From Candidatus Aenigmatarchaeota archaeon (GTDB taxonomy: Archaea > Aenigmatarchaeota > Aenigmatarchaeia > CG10238-14): a stretch of DNA of 51,027 nt. Both the position numbers and the translations under genes were made by a program. Positions 7,674 through 17,646 of this stretch are shown here, piece after piece. Positions within the stretch are counted from its first letter, which is position 1. The number at the start of each line of letters is the position of its first letter. Location: positions 1 through 51,027 of the forward strand of contig JAWBZR010000004.1 of the NCBI GenBank assembly GCA_044343545.1, given 5' to 3'. The notes under the pieces are model-generated. The model did not search any database. It was not told the origin of the DNA and saw only the letters and a program-made list of their open reading frames with translations.

Positions 7674-9776
7674 ATGAAAGGAGAAAAAGTATTGGCAGCT
7701 TTGTTGACTGCAGTATTGCTATTAGCACCTTTGGCTTCAGCTGCAGTGACTTTGGGTGACTATCCAGCATTTTTGTTCAGAGACCACAACTTGAATGCAT
7801 ATGTTGTTGTGGGTTCAGCAGCCCAGCCTGCAGATGTTGTCGGTGCTGTTGACCTCGCAGTCAGACTTGCAGGCGAATCTTACGAGGAAGTTTCAGTTGC
7901 AGGCGAAACTGTAGTATCTGGTGGTACATCTGAAGATATACCACTAGGCGAAGCAATAGCAGCATCTGGTTATCTAGATGCAGTATTGAAACAATACAAG
8001 TTACCAGGCTTGAAGGAATCTTCAGTGTCATTCCAAGACGACAGCTATGATTATCATGAAGAAATCATAATTGCTGATAATCCAAGTTCGCCTTCAAGTC
8101 CAAGCGTGGAAACAGCTTTAACAACAAATGACTGGGACATGGGTTCCAATGTATATTTGTTGACAAACAAAAACTCTCTCAAATACAGGTTTGTATTTGA
8201 TGAAAACATAGATTTGACAAAAGTCACAAATGACGAACCTCTAGAAATAGAATTTTTAGGTAAAACATTAACAATAACAAAAGTAAATACAACATCTCAG
8301 GAAATTGTAGTGAGAGTCGGTGAAGAATATACATTAAATGTAGGCGATTCCGTGACAGTAGCAGGTAAAAAAGTAACATTAAGAAATGTAGGTTCTAGCG
8401 GAACAACAGCAGTTGTTGATGTAGACGGTGTTGTTTCAACAGTTGGAACAACACCAAAAACAGTTAATGGTTTAAAGATTCAAGTAAAGGAAACATTCTA
8501 TTCAGAAACATTGTCTGAAAGAATGGCAACATTATTAATAGGTACAGAGACTACAAAAACATATACACACGGCCAAGAATTCATAGGCGAAGATAAAAAC
8601 AATCCAAATTGGAAATGGGATCTATCTGGCTTGTCAGCATCACCCAAATATATAGGCATACAAAACGAGTTCGTCAGAGACTCTTATTCAAAGGGTCCTG
8701 CAACATTGGGTGGATGCTATGAATTCCCATACAGATATGCAAAAGTATGCCTAGAAAGATTAACAGTAAATGATTATGCAGAATATACATTCAAAGCAGA
8801 TACAGGAGTTGACCTATCCAATGCTGGTGGGTCAACAAACGAAAATGTGTTAACAATAACATCTAGCGCTAAGGAAGGTATCGTTTTGGGTTCAGTGAAG
8901 ACAGATACGGTGTATTTGAAATATAATACAACATCAAATGATGGTAAATTGTCAGTATATTACAAGGACTCAAACAACAAGGTTCAATATTATGGTGATG
9001 TAGCTAATGATACACTAGGTCAATTGAACTATAAAGATACAAAAGGTACAGATATGGTACTAAAAGTCCAAAATGCATTAACAACAGGATTTTATCTAGT
9101 GGTAGACGATTCCGTCTCTTCAAATGATTTAGTAATGAGATGGGCGGTATCGTCTAACAAGATAGACCATCTAGGTACAAATGCTGACCAAAAAGATTCC
9201 GATGAGTTGTGGTATGGTTCACAACAAATCGGTACAAAAGAGAAGGACCTAAGAGCAGAATACGGTTATATTGTAGTAACACCTTCAACAAACGGTGATA
9301 GAGACCAAGTAGTCTTGCGTGTTCCAGCAGACCAAGTAAAGGCTAAGGTAGTGGTATACGGTCCAGGCGGAACATCCTCAACAACTGAAGGAGGCAAGAT
9401 CAAGAAAGTAGTCCCAGTCACGACAACTGTAGCAAAGCTAGATACCGAAGTAGACCCTGCAACTGTTGACAAGCACCTCGTATTAGTAGGTGGTCCGGCT
9501 GTCAACAGATTAACAGCCCAAGCAATGGGTCTAAGCTTCCCAACATATGGTAGCTCCGGTTTGTTGCCATATGGTGAAGGAGAAGCTTATATAAGGGTCT
9601 ATGACGGTGTCTTCAAACCAGGACAAATCGTCGTTGTCGTAGCTGGCTGGGAAGCAGAGCAAACAAGAATGGCAACAAGTTTGTTGCAGCAGTACGACAC
9701 GTTTGCTGAGCAATTAGGTAGCAATACTGCAGTTAAGGTCACAAGTCTATCTGCAAGCGGTATAAGACCCGCTTAA
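7674..9776 (+). CDS. S-layer protein (S_layer_N/S_layer_C type)
   Basis: Signal peptide; N-terminal VVVGSAAQPADVVGAVDLA; C-terminal HLVLVGGPAVNRL and VVAGWEAEQTRMA; strong SD. Confidence 0.9.
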   Translation: MKGEKVLAALLTAVLLLAPLASAAVTLGDYPAFLFRDHNLNAYVVVGSAAQPADVVGAVDLAVRLAGESYEEVSVAGETVVSGGTSEDIPLGEAIAASGYLDAVLKQYKLPGLKESSVSFQDDSYDYHEEIIIADNPSSPSSPSVETALTTNDWDMGSNVYLLTNKNSLKYRFVFDENIDLTKVTNDEPLEIEFLGKTLTITKVNTTSQEIVVRVGEEYTLNVGDSVTVAGKKVTLRNVGSSGTTAVVDVDGVVSTVGTTPKTVNGLKIQVKETFYSETLSERMATLLIGTETTKTYTHGQEFIGEDKNNPNWKWDLSGLSASPKYIGIQNEFVRDSYSKGPATLGGCYEFPYRYAKVCLERLTVNDYAEYTFKADTGVDLSNAGGSTNENVLTITSSAKEGIVLGSVKTDTVYLKYNTTSNDGKLSVYYKDSNNKVQYYGDVANDTLGQLNYKDTKGTDMVLKVQNALTTGFYLVVDDSVSSNDLVMRWAVSSNKIDHLGTNADQKDSDELWYGSQQIGTKEKDLRAEYGYIVVTPSTNGDRDQVVLRVPADQVKAKVVVYGPGGTSSTTEGGKIKKVVPVTTTVAKLDTEVDPATVDKHLVLVGGPAVNRLTAQAMGLSFPTYGSSGLLPYGEGEAYIRVYDGVFKPGQIVVVVAGWEAEQTRMATSLLQQYDTFAEQLGSNTAVKVTSLSASGIRPA

Positions 9777-9791
9777 GTAGGATAGGCATCG

Positions 9792-10430
9792 TTGACCATA
9801 TTGGCCTTTTTTTCTTTTTATTTTATAATTTTGTGGATGTCGATTGTTATGAAAATAAGATTTAAACTCAAGACATTTTTTTCAACATTAACATTTCTGT
9901 TGATTTTATTCATCATAATGATTGCAATATTGCAGGTAATAATTTCTTTAAAGCCGGTAAAGTATATCAAATACAAAAACCTTGTTTTTGCTTTTAGAGA
10001 TGATGTGAGAAAGGCGGAAAAAATAAAAGTATATCCTAATGAGTATATTCTTGGCCAACAATTTTGGGATTACAAGATTCATAATATAACAATTCTTTTC
10101 AAGCCCGATGAAAATTACAACAAATACTACCAGTTGGCAGCTTTCGAGTTAACGTACAAGCTAACACAAATGTATATGACTCTTAGGCCTATAATAATCG
10201 AGAAGAATTTTTCAGCGCAGGAAATTCAAAGTTTTGAAAACATAACGAGGGAAGAAAATGTGCTCAAGATAGTGATAGTCCCACCAGAGCATTCTGATGA
10301 AACCGTCGTAAAGGTTGCGAGTAACAGAGTTTACATATACTGGAAATCACCGCGAGATTTAGATTTGGCTGTAATGAAAGTGATACTTTCCGCTTTGAAA
10401 TACAACGCCAATTATACTTTAATCACTTAA
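9792..10430 (+). CDS. Hypothetical membrane-anchored protein
   Basis: 212-aa ORF; true start probably later (MSIVMKIRF); one N-terminal TM helix and an alpha/beta domain. Confidence 0.55.
   Translation: MTILAFFSFYFIILWMSIVMKIRFKLKTFFSTLTFLLILFIIMIAILQVIISLKPVKYIKYKNLVFAFRDDVRKAEKIKVYPNEYILGQQFWDYKIHNITILFKPDENYNKYYQLAAFELTYKLTQMYMTLRPIIIEKNFSAQEIQSFENITREENVLKIVIVPPEHSDETVVKVASNRVYIYWKSPRDLDLAVMKVILSALKYNANYTLIT
9803..9825 (+). terminator. Possible T-rich terminator of the S-layer gene
   Basis: GGCCTTTTTTTCTTTTTATTTT about 27 nt after the stop codon. Confidence 0.35.
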
Positions 10431-11057
10431 AGCGCCGATTATTTCCTCTTTGCTAGTCAAACCAGAAAAAGTTTTGTTTTCAAAAACTATAAAAGGCGTT
10501 GTGGTTACATTATAGCTTTTTTTTATCGTGTCTATTATAGGCAAGCCAAGCCCAGCATCCAAAACGAATACTTTCATCCTTTCTTTGAAGATGTTGTCTC
10601 TTACATCATCCAATATCTTTCCTTGCTTTATACAATCATCACAAGGTATGGAATAAAAATAAAGCAAAATAAGACTATCATCTTTACATCTCTCCTTTAA
10701 ATAAACGTTAAGCATCCAAGCTCTTACAGATAAAAGCATGTATTGCTTTTTTGTTTCCATGAATTTGCTTTCATTTGATTCCAACTTTTCAAGTTCTTTG
10801 CCTATGTCCCACAGCCTCTTGTTTGTTTCGTCAACCATCATTTTTAAAGAGTTGCACGGAATTTTTTCGCCGAAATTACTAATGTAGAGATACTCTAATT
10901 GAGTGTTTTCTATGTTTTTTTCTATTTCTTTCAATCTCCTTTCAATACTTGCCTCGACATTTTTTTGCAACAATATTCCAGTGTATATGCCAAGCAAATA
11001 AAGAATCATTGAAAGAATTGCAGCAAACAAATAAGCTTTTTTGTACGCCGCTTTCAT
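10419..11057 (-). CDS. Membrane-anchored thioredoxin-fold protein
   Basis: N-terminal TM helix and coiled segment; YFYSIPCDDC (CxxC) and VTTTPFIVF (cis-Pro loop). Confidence 0.65.
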   Translation of the reverse strand: MKAAYKKAYLFAAILSMILYLLGIYTGILLQKNVEASIERRLKEIEKNIENTQLEYLYISNFGEKIPCNSLKMMVDETNKRLWDIGKELEKLESNESKFMETKKQYMLLSVRAWMLNVYLKERCKDDSLILLYFYSIPCDDCIKQGKILDDVRDNIFKERMKVFVLDAGLGLPIIDTIKKSYNVTTTPFIVFENKTFSGLTSKEEIIGALSD

Positions 11058-11109
11058 TCACTCACACTTTAAAAATTATAATTATAAAATTTTATATAAG
11101 TGGCTATCT

Positions 11110-12372
11110 ATGGAAATGGCTTTACTCAAAACTATTTGGACAGCCATAAACTCCACGAGTTTTTTCATATACAACCTGTTCTTCTTCCCTGTAGCTTTCT
11201 TTACCCTGTATTTTCTTATTGTTTGCATAATTTCGATTTTCATCAAAAACAATAATAGATACAAAGTAAGCCCGAAACAATGGCCATTCGTGACAATACA
11301 GATACCTACCTATAATGAATTAATTGCTTTAAGATGCGCGAAGAAGTGTTTGGAGTTTGACTATCCGAAAGATAGGTATGAAATAATAATAGGCGATGAT
11401 AGCGACAAGCCAGAAATATCAAAAAAAATCGATGAATTCGCTTCCGTCCATGGAATAAAAGTAACGAGGAGAGGAAGTAACAAGGGTTTCAAAGCAGGCA
11501 ATTTAAATCACATGTTAAAGTTTTCTAAAGGAGAAATAATTGTAATTTTCGATTCGGATTTTGTGCCGCAAAAAGATTTTTTGAAAAAAATAGTCAAACC
11601 GTTTTTGTTAGATAAAAAAGTAGGATGCGTTCAAGCAAGATGGTCTTTCATAAATGAAAAACAAAATCTTGTGACAAGGTTTGCATCTGCAATAGTCATG
11701 GTCTATCAAATGTTAATAGCGCCTATTAATAATGCCTTACAAGTTCCTCTCCTCTTCGGTTCCGGCCAGGCAATAAGAAAGGATTTAATAAAGAAGTTGG
11801 GGGGTTGGCAAGAATGGAGCTTGACAGAAGATGTTGAATTTTCTGTTAGAGTTTTAAAGGCAGGATACAAGATAGTTTACTTGCACGATTTAACGGTGAA
11901 AGGAGAAGTACCCTTTACGGTTAATGATTTGAAAAAACAACAAAGAAAGTGGGCTTATGGTAATTTTAACGCTTTCATAGATCATTGGAAATTTATATTG
12001 TTTGGTAAATTTTCTATACATCAAAAAACCATGCTAATAATGACATTAACCGGATACATTTCAAGTATATTTTTACTCATCTTCATTCTTTCAGGTCTCA
12101 TATATTTTTGGACGGGGGAGCCGATGCCTTTTAATTTTGTGAAATTTTCTAAGGAAACGTTAAAGTCGATATTAGCAAGCTCCGGCTTTTTGTTAGCAAT
12201 GATATTTGCATTGAAGAAACAGAAAAAAACCGATAGATTGTGGCAAATAATATTTGGGGCATTTACTGTCGGAATAATTGTCACGTTTGGCGTTGCTTCG
12301 GGCATATTAAATGCAATTCTAAGAAAGAGATTGAATTGGTATGTGATTCCAAAAAAAGGAAAGCTGAGATGA
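11110..12372 (+). CDS. Processive GT2 glycosyltransferase (cellulose synthase-like)
   Basis: QIPTYNE, GDDS, GFKAGNLN, IFDSDF, LTED and QQRKW motifs; TM helices at both ends; start moved to ATG 11110. Confidence 0.88.
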   Translation: MEMALLKTIWTAINSTSFFIYNLFFFPVAFFTLYFLIVCIISIFIKNNNRYKVSPKQWPFVTIQIPTYNELIALRCAKKCLEFDYPKDRYEIIIGDDSDKPEISKKIDEFASVHGIKVTRRGSNKGFKAGNLNHMLKFSKGEIIVIFDSDFVPQKDFLKKIVKPFLLDKKVGCVQARWSFINEKQNLVTRFASAIVMVYQMLIAPINNALQVPLLFGSGQAIRKDLIKKLGGWQEWSLTEDVEFSVRVLKAGYKIVYLHDLTVKGEVPFTVNDLKKQQRKWAYGNFNAFIDHWKFILFGKFSIHQKTMLIMTLTGYISSIFLLIFILSGLIYFWTGEPMPFNFVKFSKETLKSILASSGFLLAMIFALKKQKKTDRLWQIIFGAFTVGIIVTFGVASGILNAILRKRLNWYVIPKKGKLR

Positions 12373-12376
12373 GAAA

Positions 12377-13654
12377 ATGCTATATTATGTAGTGCTTGTG
12401 ATTTTATTCAGTGCATTATTTTTTCTTAACCTTTCTTGGATTTCTATATTTTTGTTTGCCAAGAGAAAAAAATACAATAAGAATTTTCAACCCTCAGTCT
12501 CAATATTAATTCCCGCATACAATGAAGAAAAGGTCATAGCAGATACGATAAAAAGCATACTCGTTTCTGATTATGAAAATGATATGGAAGTGATAGTGAT
12601 TAATGATGGCTCAACGGATAGAACTGAAAAAATAGTCAAAGAAATGCAAAAAAAAGATAAGAGAATAAAACTGTTAAAGACGAATCATGTCGGCAAGGCT
12701 CGTGCTTTAAACTATGGAGCGAAAAAGGCCAAGTATGATTATCTTGTGTTTTTAGATGCAGATTCTGTTGTCGACAAAAATGCGATAAAAGAAATAATAA
12801 AACCTTTACAATATAGAAACATAGCTGCCGCTTCCGGTGTCGTGAGAGCAAAGATCACAAAACATCCTTTAACTTGGTTTCAGGATTTTGAGTACATATT
12901 ATCTTCAGGTTGGAGATATTTGTGCTCGCTTATGAATGCAGTATCTGTTTTGCCAGGATTTTTTGCAACCAAAAAAAGCGTGTTTTTGAAAGTCGGTGGT
13001 TTTGAAGCGGATACTTTGACAGAGGATTTCGACATAACTTTGAGGTTCAAGAAATACGGATATGACGCGGTCGTGAGATTAGAAGCGGTTATGTATACAA
13101 CAGTACCAACGAAATTTAGTTCGTTAACGAAGCAAAGAATGAGATGGGGAAGGGGAAACTTGCAGGTATTGAGAAAGCATAAAGATATGTTATTTTCGAA
13201 AAAACACAAACTTTTAGGCTATTACATATTGCCAACCCACATGTTTTGGTACATCTTTTCATTGCTTTATTTGCCTTCAGTGTTTTATTGGATGCTCGGC
13301 GATTACTATAAATACTTCTTTTCAACCGGCAACCCTTTATCCAAGGATGCATTGCTTTTCTTTTTCAAGTGGTTTTGTTCTTATGGCATGTTCGATCTTA
13401 TTTACAAAGTCGTCACAGGTGTTTATGATCTTCACCCGTTATTGTTGATAACCATAGTAAATTATGTCGCGACAATTGTTTACAACATATTGTTATTCGC
13501 GACTATCGGAAGATTGAAGTTAGTTCATCTCTTTGCCTACATCTTCATATTCCCATATTATTTGCTAATTATTTTCATACAATTTTTGACAGTGATTTAC
13601 GAAGCTCTTTCTTTTTTTACAAGAAAAACTGTTGAAAATGTATGGAATAAGTGA
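12377..13654 (+). CDS. Processive GT2 glycosyltransferase (cellulose/PNAG synthase-like)
   Basis: LIPAYNEE, NDGSTD, FLDAD, LTEDFD and QRMRW motifs; C-terminal TM helices. Confidence 0.9.
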   Translation: MLYYVVLVILFSALFFLNLSWISIFLFAKRKKYNKNFQPSVSILIPAYNEEKVIADTIKSILVSDYENDMEVIVINDGSTDRTEKIVKEMQKKDKRIKLLKTNHVGKARALNYGAKKAKYDYLVFLDADSVVDKNAIKEIIKPLQYRNIAAASGVVRAKITKHPLTWFQDFEYILSSGWRYLCSLMNAVSVLPGFFATKKSVFLKVGGFEADTLTEDFDITLRFKKYGYDAVVRLEAVMYTTVPTKFSSLTKQRMRWGRGNLQVLRKHKDMLFSKKHKLLGYYILPTHMFWYIFSLLYLPSVFYWMLGDYYKYFFSTGNPLSKDALLFFFKWFCSYGMFDLIYKVVTGVYDLHPLLLITIVNYVATIVYNILLFATIGRLKLVHLFAYIFIFPYYLLIIFIQFLTVIYEALSFFTRKTVENVWNK

Positions 13655-13656
13655 AA

Positions 13657-13998
13657 TCAGAAGGGTTTTAACCTTCCTGTAATCTTATCAACTTTTTCTT
13701 CTTCAACAGGTCCTAAACCTAAAGCCGTTATAGTTCCGGGTTTTAATTCCGTCAATCCAGCATCTTTGACAAGAAATGAAGGAATTTTTTCTTTTTTTGC
13801 TTGCTCATATATTTTCAGAATTTCTTCCTCTCCATTTACGGCAAGCACAACCTTTTTGGAGCCAAAAAGCTTCCACTTTTCTCTCACATCCTTTTTAGTT
13901 AACTCGAAAGAATGAACAGCAGCGTGGCATGCTTGCGCGGCCGCCTTACCTTTGGACATTTTTAGATCTTTCCTCAAAACAATGACTTGTTTATACAT
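13657..13998 (-). CDS. pth2: Peptidyl-tRNA hydrolase, Pth2 type
   Basis: KQVIVLRKDLKMSKGKAAAQACHA and DAGLTELKPGTITALGLGP. Confidence 0.96.
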   Translation of the reverse strand: MYKQVIVLRKDLKMSKGKAAAQACHAAVHSFELTKKDVREKWKLFGSKKVVLAVNGEEEILKIYEQAKKEKIPSFLVKDAGLTELKPGTITALGLGPVEEEKVDKITGRLKPF

Positions 13999-14005
13999 TT
14001 CACAT

Positions 14006-14440
14006 CTATCCTATGTATCTAGTATCTCTTTGTTCACCCTCTCTCTTCATTACTACTGTTGGAAACATTAATGGCGGGGGAAGACTCATATTCTCCGCCA
14101 AATTTATCTCTATCGTCAAACACTTCCTTAAAAGAAAATTTTTTACTTCAACATCGACTTCTGGTAATATCTTTTTCTCTTTTTTCCAAACATTTAATGC
14201 TTCTAAAACATTTTTTCCTATGTACATGACATTACCCTCCAATCTCATTTCACCTATATCAGGCTCATATTTTGTAGAAAACTCGAAGGATATGTTTAAG
14301 GCGGCTTCTTTTTTCTTTATTCCAACGCTGGTTTTTTCCATGCCAACAATGTTGACAGTCGTGTTAATGTCTATTTTTTCTCTCATAACTTCTTTTTTTC
14401 TTGCGTTTATGCTTTTTAGATAGAAGCCTATTACAGGCAT
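14006..14440 (-). CDS. Conserved archaeal hypothetical protein (possibly SecB-like fold)
   Basis: MPVIGFYLKSINA...FEFSTKYEPDIGEMRLEGNVMY...LPPPLMFP resembles a widespread archaeal family; the fold is a guess. Confidence 0.55.
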   Translation of the reverse strand: MPVIGFYLKSINARKKEVMREKIDINTTVNIVGMEKTSVGIKKKEAALNISFEFSTKYEPDIGEMRLEGNVMYIGKNVLEALNVWKKEKKILPEVDVEVKNFLLRKCLTIEINLAENMSLPPPLMFPTVVMKREGEQRDTRYIG

Positions 14441-14474
14441 ATATTAATAGTTTGAAATAGAAAATTAAATTAAT

Positions 14475-14987
14475 ATGCCGAAAGCTTTGATAATAATATG
14501 TCCTAAGAATTTTAATGAAACAGAATTTCAAACGACGAAACAAGTCCTATCTCAAAAACTAAGCGTAGAGGTAGCATCGGTTATTAAAGAAGAATGTGTT
14601 GGCATGAAAGGTATGAAAGTGAAGCCAGATAAAACTGTTAGCGACGCTCTTAAAACAGAATACGATGTCATAGCAGTCATAGGCGGCTCAGGCTGCTTCG
14701 CTTTATCAGACTATCCCGAGGTGCTCGAGATAATCAGGAAGCATGTGGAAAAAGGAAAGATCGTTTCAGCCATTTGTCTGGCTCCGACCATATTAGCAAG
14801 AGCCGGCGTCTTGAAGAATACAATGGTGACAGTTTATCCGGCTGATTGGGCGATAAGTTTACTGAAGAACGAAGGCGCGCATTATTTGGAGAAAAATGTT
14901 GTTGTTGACGGCAACATAATCACGGCAAATGGCCCTGCAGCAGCCGAAGAGTTTGCTAAAACAATACTTAAAAAGTTTGAAACATAA
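14475..14987 (+). CDS. DJ-1/PfpI family protein (catalytic Cys present)
   Basis: FNETE, VIGGSG, SAICLAP and DGNIITANGP motifs. Confidence 0.92.
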   Translation: MPKALIIICPKNFNETEFQTTKQVLSQKLSVEVASVIKEECVGMKGMKVKPDKTVSDALKTEYDVIAVIGGSGCFALSDYPEVLEIIRKHVEKGKIVSAICLAPTILARAGVLKNTMVTVYPADWAISLLKNEGAHYLEKNVVVDGNIITANGPAAAEEFAKTILKKFET

Positions 14988-15012
14988 TATATCCATCAAA
15001 AAGGTGAACATT

Positions 15013-15543
15013 TTGAAGCTAATAGTTCCTACAGTTAACGGTTTCGAAGATATAGAATTAGTGACCGTCGTTAGCGTCCTAAGACGTGCGGGAATACAAG
15101 TGGATATAGTGGGATTAAATGCGAGCATGGCCGAAAGTAAAGGTAAAATAAAGATAATGGTCGATAAGAGATTTCAAGATGTTTCTATGAGGGAATACGA
15201 TGGAATAATATTAATTGGCGGTCCTGGCTATCTTGCCCTCGAAAAGATGGCGGTTTTGAATGATTACATAAAATCATTTGCGGCCCAAGGCAAGTTATTG
15301 GCGGCTATAGGTGAAGCCGTTGCCATACTCGCAAAAACCGGTTTGCTTGACAACAAAAAAGCTGTTATAGCTCCAGGAATGGAAAAACTCCTAGCCTATC
15401 CAAGAGACGCTCCTGTAATAGTGGATCAAAACATCATCACTTCTCAAGCACCCGGAACTGCGATGCAGTTTGCTTTGGCTATAGTGAAAAAATTAAAGGG
15501 AGATCAAGCAGCTTTGCAACTAAAAAGAGAGCTGGTGGCATGA
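15013..15543 (+). CDS. DJ-1/PfpI family paralog lacking the catalytic Cys
   Basis: GFEDIE, LIGGPG and IITSQAPG motifs; nucleophile elbow reads AAIGEA; TTG start after GGTGA at 15003. Confidence 0.85.
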   Translation: MKLIVPTVNGFEDIELVTVVSVLRRAGIQVDIVGLNASMAESKGKIKIMVDKRFQDVSMREYDGIILIGGPGYLALEKMAVLNDYIKSFAAQGKLLAAIGEAVAILAKTGLLDNKKAVIAPGMEKLLAYPRDAPVIVDQNIITSQAPGTAMQFALAIVKKLKGDQAALQLKRELVA

Positions 15544-15764
15544 GCGACTTAGCCAAAGAAATAATGAAGGTCATGAAAGAAAGGCAGGTTTCAAGCAAGT
15601 GGGAATTATTCAAAGAAATATCAAAAAATAAAAAAGTTTCCAAAAAAGATTTTGAAAAAACTCTGAATGATTTGATAGAAAAAAATTGTCTTAGAAGCAT
15701 ATATGGTGGAGACACGACTTTTGCTTTAACACAAAAAGGTGCTAGGGAGTTCAAATTAAAATAA
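15540..15764 (+). CDS. Small winged-helix protein
   Basis: 74 aa; ATGA overlap with the upstream gene; FEKTLNDLIEKNCL...TFALTQKG wing motif. Confidence 0.6.
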   Translation: MSDLAKEIMKVMKERQVSSKWELFKEISKNKKVSKKDFEKTLNDLIEKNCLRSIYGGDTTFALTQKGAREFKLK

Positions 15765-15785
15765 TTCTTGCTAATATTTTCTTAT

Positions 15786-15858
15786 AGCCCTGTGGTGTAG
15801 AGGTCAAGCACGCGAGGCTCTGGACCTCGAGACCCCAGTTCGAATCTGGGCAGGGCTA
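15786..15858 (+). tRNA. tRNA-Gln(CTG)
   Basis: AGCCCTG/CAGGGCT acceptor (A1-U72, typical of archaeal Gln); CGAGG-CTCTGGA-CCTCG anticodon arm; CCCAG-TTCGAAT-CTGGG T-arm; no encoded CCA. Confidence 0.95.
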
Positions 15859-15892
15859 TATTTTAATATTTTGTCCCCGAAAACAAATAGTA

Positions 15893-16516
15893 ATGTTTGA
15901 GGAGTTCATTTATCATTTATTAATCAAATATGGCTACATAGGGATATTTGCTTTAATGATTTTACAAACAATATTCGTCATAATCCCATCAGAAGCTGTA
16001 ATCACGCTTTCTGGCGCTTTAGGCTTGAATCAAAAAAATGTTATTATAGTAACATCTTTAGGTCTCATCATAGGCTCAATAATAGCTTTTTTTATTTCCA
16101 GATACTTTGGGAGAAGGTTTGTGAAAAGGTTAATTGGTGAAGAATTTGTAAGCGAGGTTGACGATTGGATAGAAAGGAATGGTACAAAAGCCATCTTAAT
16201 TGCAAGGTTAGTGCCACTAATACCGTTTGATTTGATAAGCTATGTTGCAGGCTTGACACGTATAGATTTCAAGAAATACTTGTTCGCAACAATTGCAGGA
16301 ATGATACCAAGAATAATTTTTTTGGTGTTTGTGGGAGATACGGCGAAAAGAATCTTGTCGATAATCGGAATGGGGGTGGATTTCATTTTACTTTTCGGTA
16401 TCATCGGCATAATTTTAATTATTTTTCTTGAAAGAAGAGGTTATTTGCGGGGGGTAAAATCTTTTGTTTTGAGAGGCATCATCAAGCGAAACAAATTTTA
16501 TAGAAAAAAACGATAA
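15893..16516 (+). CDS. DedA/TVP38 (VTT domain) membrane protein
   Basis: IPSE...SGALG, ISRYFGR and ARLVPLIPFDLISYVAGLT motifs. Confidence 0.9.
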   Translation: MFEEFIYHLLIKYGYIGIFALMILQTIFVIIPSEAVITLSGALGLNQKNVIIVTSLGLIIGSIIAFFISRYFGRRFVKRLIGEEFVSEVDDWIERNGTKAILIARLVPLIPFDLISYVAGLTRIDFKKYLFATIAGMIPRIIFLVFVGDTAKRILSIIGMGVDFILLFGIIGIILIIFLERRGYLRGVKSFVLRGIIKRNKFYRKKR

Positions 16517-16522
16517 AAGTAA

Positions 16523-17206
16523 ATGATGCGTCCAAAAGAATTATTGCAGTTAGCTGTAAAAGATGGAAGAAAAGCATTGAGAGAAGAAGAAATTAAAATC
16601 TTTCTCTCTCATTATGGGGTCAAAATTGCCGAAGGAAAGGTCGCGACAAATTTAAATGAAGCTTTAAAGATAGCAGGATCCATAGGCTATCCTGTGGTAC
16701 TAAAGCTAGTGTCAAAGGAAATAATTCACAAGACAGATGTTGGCGGAGTGTTTGTTGATATAAAGTCGCCAGAAGAATTATCCAAATGTTATGAAGAGTT
16801 GATAAGTAATGCAAGAAGGGCAGGTATAGCAATGCAGGGTGTTTTAGTCCAAAAAATGGTGAAAAGTATTTATGAAACTATAGTCGGAGGTAAAAGAGAC
16901 CCCGTTTTTGGTCCAATAGTTATGTTTGGAAGCGGCGGTATATACGTGGAAATATTTAAAGATGTCAGCTTCCGATTAGCACCCATAGATCAAAAGGAAG
17001 CAATGAAGATGATACAAGAAACTAAAGCCTTTTTAATATTAAAAGGTTTTAGGGGGAAGGCTGCTAACATCAAAGAAGTAGCTAAACTATTGGTTGTTTT
17101 GTCAAAAATTATGATAGAAAACCCGGAAATAGCAGAAATAGACATAAATCCTCTTTTAGTAGGAGAAGAAGCTGTAGCTGTTGATGCAAAAATTTTACTC
17201 GTTTAA
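16523..17206 (+). CDS. acdB: ADP-forming acetate/acyl-CoA ligase beta subunit (ATP-grasp)
   Basis: IGYPVVLKLVS...HKTDVGGV, RDPVFGPIVMFGSGGIYVE and EIDINPL motifs. Confidence 0.9.
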   Translation: MMRPKELLQLAVKDGRKALREEEIKIFLSHYGVKIAEGKVATNLNEALKIAGSIGYPVVLKLVSKEIIHKTDVGGVFVDIKSPEELSKCYEELISNARRAGIAMQGVLVQKMVKSIYETIVGGKRDPVFGPIVMFGSGGIYVEIFKDVSFRLAPIDQKEAMKMIQETKAFLILKGFRGKAANIKEVAKLLVVLSKIMIENPEIAEIDINPLLVGEEAVAVDAKILLV

Positions 17207-17271
17207 CATAGCCGGACCTTGCTAATATCCAGAAATTTTTATAAGCAAAAAACAAAATAATAAAATATTAT

Positions 17272-17646
17272 ATGGTAGGACTTGAGCTGTTTTTATCTTC
17301 TAAAAAATCCTTATTTAAACAATTAAGAATCAAAATAGATAGTTTTTTCAAGGAAAATATAAGATCGCCCTTTTCTTGGTCAAACATATTATGGGACCCT
17401 TATGTGGAAGATGATATACCTGAAAAAAGCTTGAGATTTGCAAAAATAATCACAGCTTTGTTAGCTCTATCAAAGCTTGTAAACGCTATAATTCTTGGCG
17501 TTTGTTTGGCTGTAGACGGATTATATTCTTTTTATAGAGACAGGTTTGAGTTAAAAATCACAAAATCTTGGGAACAGGATGTACCAAAAATAGCCAGGAT
17601 GATGTTAGGAATTTTGATTACACTCAATTTTGTTAACTTAATTTAA
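17272..17646 (+). CDS. Hypothetical membrane protein
   Basis: 124-aa ORF with hydrophobic segments; no family recognised. Confidence 0.45.
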   Translation: MVGLELFLSSKKSLFKQLRIKIDSFFKENIRSPFSWSNILWDPYVEDDIPEKSLRFAKIITALLALSKLVNAIILGVCLAVDGLYSFYRDRFELKITKSWEQDVPKIARMMLGILITLNFVNLI

